Assembly (NCBI GenBank): GCA_964016885.1
Contig: OZ024746.1
Location: 86,056,001 to 86,120,000 of the forward strand
Length of the DNA: 64,000 nucleotides
Direction of reading: 5' to 3'
DNA from: Eledone cirrhosa
Lineage: Eukaryota
This document shows, piece after piece, positions 58,916 through 64,000 of the stretch. Position 1 is the first letter of the stretch. The number at the start of each line of letters is the position of its first letter. The position numbers and the translations under genes are program-made. The notes beneath the pieces are model-generated. The model made no database searches. It had not been told where the DNA came from and saw only the letters and a list, made by a program, of their open reading frames with translations.

Positions 58916-59476
58916 TTCACAGGCTAAGTATATTATATAAATCAAACAGAGACTATGGAATACATGGCTATATAAAAACCATAATAAAACAAAACACAAA
59001 GTATATTATCTAACCCCAGGCCAGCTCTGATCAAGAAGAGTCTGATCAAAATCAATCCAGTCGTGAATATCCTCTCTTTTTCTATATCAGGCACTACACT
59101 GTCTATCGTAACAATCTTTCTTTAAGTCGATAGCATATAATTTGAGGGTCGGTCATTTGGTTACTATTTCTAACTAGACTATTGACTACGTAGAGTGTGG
59201 TGTGCCACATTCACCGAATATTATTGTGAAATGAAGAAGAGCAAGCTTTTCTGATGATCAAACAGATAGAACACTCATCGTCGAAACAGACGTAAATACA
59301 ACCTATTACATTCCAGTTTATGATTTGATGTAATACAATTGTGTTCTGTTTTATGAGATTTTTGACATGTCTATCTATTATATTGTTAGAATGTCAGTGA
59401 CTCCTATAAAACATTTTATACGTGTATACGTAAGTTAATAATAATAATATAATAATATTATGATAATATTATAATA

Positions 59477-60046
59477 ATATTTCGTTTCTGAATTTGTTTA
59501 GCAAGATTCTTTATCTGAAATGGTGTGTTGAAACCGATATTGTTATACTTTTGGAGGGTCATGTTGCCAATAAGAAACACACGCACCAGTTGCTTTCACT
59601 TCAATTTATTATATATTTATAAATTTACGAATTCATAAATTTATAAATTTCTGGTTGGTTGGTTGGTTCCATAACCAGATAGTTGTTTATATATAGTCAT
59701 AGTCCTTTCGTCACACACTCTGTGACCTCTTCAGTGACTGGGGATTCCTTTCTTTGTTTCTGTGCCTCTCCTTTTTTCTGTCCTACACACAGAAACAAAA
59801 TGGCGTAGGACAGAAAAAAGGAGAGGCAAAGAAAGGAATCCCCAGTCACTGAAGAGGTCACAGAGTGTGTGACGAAAGGACTATGACTATATATAAACAA
59901 CTATCTGGTTGTGGAACCAACCAACCAACCAGAAATTTATAAATTTATGAATTCGTAAATTTATAAATATATAATAAATTGAAGTGAAAGCAACTGGTGC
60001 GTGTGTTTCTTATTGGCAACATGACCCTCCCAAAGTATAACAATAT
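59477..60046. mobile_element. Inverted pair of Naiad-like PLE terminal repeats (~250-bp arms, 59537-60046) with two HHRs
   Basis: HHRs at 59695-59739 (-) and 59844-59888 (+): AGTCA-CTGAAGA-gGTCACagagtgtGTGAC-GAAA-GGAC-TA-TGACT. A 60-nt unpaired extension lies at 59477-59536. Confidence 0.88.
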
Positions 60047-60051
60047 TATAA

Positions 60052-60326
60052 TAATATTCGGTTCTTTTGCAAGCAAACGGCCTCAAAACACCATGTGTGT
60101 TTTTTCGATGATTGACGACATCCATTTTTTCAAGCGGTAGCAGAGAGAAAATAGTCTACAATTGAAGCAGCGACGAGAGATACACAGTCTTGATAAAGGG
60201 CAATAATTCCGAAACAATTGTCGACTGTTTTCTCTCTGCTACCACTGGAACAAAAAGATGACGTCAGTCATCAAAAACACAGACATAGTGTTATGAGTCC
60301 ATTATCTTTCAAACGAACCGAATATT
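60052..60326. repeat. Old diverged inverted repeat with decayed HHR (60184-60228)
   Basis: ACAGTC-TTGATAA-aGG..CC-GAAA-CAATTG-TC-GACTGT. Arms GGTAGCAGAGAGAAAATAGTC / GACTGTTTTCTCTCTGCTACC. Confidence 0.65.
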
Positions 60327-61575
60327 AATAATATTGTTATAATATTATTCTTAATCACTCACAAATTCTATTTTATGTTATTTATGTATTTTAATAGGTG
60401 CTGTGTCTGATTCATTTGTAGTAGTACATTTGGTGGAATGTTGGACCGCCATCGTCGGTTGTGGCGACGAGTACTGCAGATTTTTGAATCACGAAACAAC
60501 TTATTCGTGAAATTAACGTGAAAGTGCTTGAGCATTCCTCAGACGCGTGCATCTTTCACGTAGTTCTCAGGGAGATTTAGTGTGACGCAGTTTGTGACAA
60601 AGCTGACTGGCCCTTTGAATTATAACTGAGTGCACTGGATAAACGTGAAACAAAGTATCTAGCTCAGGTACACAATCCAGCGCTGAAAATCGAACTCACG
60701 TTCTTACCATTGTTAACGAACCACCCTAATCACTGAACCACATGCCTTCATGATTTGGTAGAATACCTGTTGTTAAATGATGCATGTTTTAAAGTTTTGA
60801 ATTCTTTATCTGGTGTTTCGTTTATGGAAGAGAATTTAAATGCTATTCTAAGTTTTTACAACTGACATTTTATATATGTCTTGACATTCAGAATTTCTAT
60901 AAGTATAGGCATTTATGTGTGTCTTCGGTGTAAACGGGCGTGATGTTTTTGTTATTTTCTATCTGAATGTTTATGCCAAGAAATGGAGTCATTGTATTAA
61001 GAGTTTTATTTGTACTGTTCTGTATATTAAAATTTTGTATGGAGTTGTTTTCTAGATAAGGTGAGCGCCTGGGTGTTTAGTGTCCTATGCTATCTTTTCA
61101 ACGTTTGTCTCTTCTTGGAAGTTAGGTAAAAATACCCCTAAAAACAGAACACAGTGGCCTGTGATCGCTATGGAGAAACGAAAAGTTGTGAGGTGGGTGA
61201 AAGATAGATTAAACGTATAGATGATTAAGAAAGGAGTGTGTTGGCACGTAGATGTGATAAGTAAAGACGAAAGGGAAATAAGTGGAGATTAAGGTTACAA
61301 CAAGTGTCGAGATTAAGCTACGAACCTTATGAGACGATACAAACGCATCTAAAACCTCAGCAGTCCTCTATCTGGTTTGTAGTTTCACACGAAATGAGAG
61401 GACCGCAATTTTTATGCCAGCTTGTACATCAGAAAATAAACATTTCTCCTGGTATGATGCATGTGTGATGACAACAAAACAAAATAGAACAGCCACTTCT
61501 CCTCTAGGACTGTGCTTTTCCTTTCAGCTAGCGATGGGTTACTGGCCGGGCGCATTTTCTTTCGCTCCCTTTATA

Positions 61576-61890
61576 CAGGGTGAGGCATAAAGATTTCCCA
61601 CATTTGGAGCGGACACTGTGCTGGCTGTAGTGGTGGTAGAGGGTGTGGGACAGGTCTCATTCGGTAAGCTAGGCTCTATGATATTCAGTAACCATCATGA
61701 GTTGGACCCGTGCACATCGTGTCCTTGTTGTTCAAGCGTACTATGAAAACAACTGTTCTGCAATCCGTAGAGGCTTCGTGCTCGGTCCAAATCCATCTGT
61801 ACCAGATCGAAAAACGATTTTGCTTTGGATTTTAAACCTTTAGGCAACTCCATCCAGATTGAAAAGAAAATCGCCTGGCAGACCTAGACG
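61576..61890 (+). mobile_element. Tc1/mariner-superfamily left end and transposase N-terminus
   Basis: TA|CAGGGTG terminus. The ATG at 61697 gives MSWTRAHRVLVVQAYYENN, followed by VPDRKTILLWI (HTH-like), degenerate. Confidence 0.65.
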
Positions 61891-62163
61891 TATATATATA
61901 TATATATTCGATATGTCTCATATGAAATAATACAGCCAATTTTCCACGCAATACATTTAGTTAGCACCCCGAACGCTTAATTAGGAATATACTCACTTAT
62001 TTCCTAATGTTTGTTGAGTGAGTTGGAATTTGGCGGGAGTATCGTTAAAAAGCTTTCTCCGATAATAATAATGAAATATTGTGTACAGTGCTCAGGTGCA
62101 CTACAACTCATCAAAAAGTGTATGTATAGTACATAGGGTAAATGTACAAACGTCAGGAAAATG

Positions 62164-62250
<87 letters not shown>

Positions 62251-63384
62251 CGTAATAAATGGAGAATAGGAAGGCTGTGAGTTGCTAGTTAAGATAGGCT
62301 TAAAATCAAGAAGAAAGCAAGAATGGGGGGGGGGGCAGTTTTCCTCATCAGTTGTCTACTGGGGATCTCGGATATTTCAACGCTTTAAAGACAATATATC
62401 TACCCCCAGCGCGTTCAATAACTAGGTAAGTTATTGGGAAAACAGAGGAGGGAGGGAAAGAAAATAGAAAGGAAAGGGGAAAAAAGGGAAGAAAAGAGAA
62501 AAAACAGCGAAAAAACAGCAACAAACTGGAGAAAGTACGAGCAACTTCAACATTAAGAAAGATGCTGATGTTAGATAAAGCGTTTATTTATAATAATTAT
62601 TCCAACGGTTCTCCCATGCAGTCCAAGATGTAATTCATGCATTTATTGTTATGAGAACGGTATCTACAGATGAAATTCGATTTTGTGATATGCCGCCGGC
62701 AGAAAAAAACACGTCCTTCTGTTCGTGCGCGCGGCAGACAAATGAGTTCCTAAAAGGGTCTCTCCCAGCCGTCGCCTTTTATAGAGTAAAGTGCTATCCA
62801 TGTGTCAATTAGCGAAATCAGAACTCACGTACCCCCAACGGAATTAGATATATATACGTAAATGATTAAATAAGACCGTCATTGCTCTAATCGGTTCACT
62901 AATATTCAGCAACCACCCTAAAGTGAACGCCACCCTGTACACATGACTCATGCCAAACCAAACCACATTGACATATATCAACACTTTATTACCAATTTTA
63001 TCCCCTTGATAATTACTATGACGTAACTATAGACTTGTCAGACTGACTTCTGTGACGTAAGACTAGACCTACCACTGATTTCTTGCTCTTGTTTCATTGA
63101 AAGCAAGGTTTATGTTGCAGCCTCAAAATGACTGTGCTCAATTCTTAAGTTCTACGCCCCACCATGGTGAACGTGTGCTCCACCTTGAGAAGCGCTGAAC
63201 TATACAACATATTCATCAGTTGTAAATTGTTATTCGGACGACAAACTATCTGTTTACAAGCATGCCTGTTGAAAGTTAATGCTAGGGTTACAAAACAACT
63301 ACAATAACAACAACAACGATAACGACAGAAATAACAACAATAAAGACAATAAGAATAACAATGAAAATGGTTATCGATTGAGGC

Positions 63385-63787
63385 AAAAGGCGAACAATTT
63401 ACGGGGAAGAGAAAGGCGGTTAAATGAACCCCAGTGCATTCCGGTACTTTATTTTATCGGCCCCATAAGGATGAAAAGCAAAGCTAACCCTGGCAGGATT
63501 TGAACTCAGATCGTAAAGGGCCATAACTCTATGCCATAAAGCATGTTGTCTGACAACAACAACAACAAGGGTTTCTTATATAGGCACAAGTCCAGCAATT
63601 TTGAGGGAGGGGAAAGTCGATTAAATCGATCCCAGTGCGTGACTGGTACTTAATTCTATCGACCTCGCAAGGATGAAAAGCAAAGTTAACCTCAGCGGGA
63701 TTTGAACTCAGATCATAAAGGGCCGTAACTCTATGTTACAAAGCATGGCGTCCGACCCTCTACCGATACTGCCAATTCACCGCCCTA
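63385..63787 (-). mobile_element. Two family-A SINE copies
   Basis: Reverse-complement B-box GGATTTGAACTCAG and core at ~63440-63510 and ~63640-63780. Confidence 0.8.
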
Positions 63788-64000
63788 TCCACGACAACTA
63801 TAATGTCCTAATATAGCATAGCAGTTCTCTAACTAGAACTTTTCGAATATCCAAATTTCTTATTTTCTTAATCAATTTTATATTTTATATTATATTTTAT
63901 ATGAACCCGAGCCGTCAATAATGGCAGCAATAGCTTTGAACACACGGAGTCCAGGATTAGTGAGCCATATAAAGGCAAAGGCACCCTTCGGTCACGAATT

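Noticed and set aside
62335-62356. Additional HHR (CTGATGA on minus strand); similar lone cores at 20584 and 28316
   Set aside because: No matching GAAA, stem III or stem I partner found, so they were not counted.

Overview
Repeat-saturated eukaryotic genomic DNA, most likely from an octopus. That assignment is inferred from the tRNA-derived SINE families and the extreme (TA)n/(CA)n microsatellite load. Only one host coding exon is recognisable: the first coding exon of an SLC6A4/SERT-like monoamine transporter (31489-31666, minus strand). No second exon is visible in the 31 kb downstream. The rest is satellites and transposable elements: a near full-length degenerate R4/Dong-type RLE LINE, Tx1/L1-type fragments stacked in (TATC)n, RTE fragments, a Naiad-like Penelope element (PLE), non-autonomous Helitrons, a DD37D mariner-like fragment, hAT and piggyBac MITEs, and many SINEs. 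The most striking hidden signal is a population of roughly 15-20 type I hammerhead-ribozyme (HHR) motifs from about ten unrelated sequence families. Most sit in short PLE-terminal-repeat-like inserts within (TA)n tracts, most of these inserts are folded into long inverted-repeat hairpins, and several families share a covarying 3'-terminal stem-bulge motif. Nearly all long ORFs in the six-frame track are microsatellite artefacts. All calls are by eye; no database search was run.
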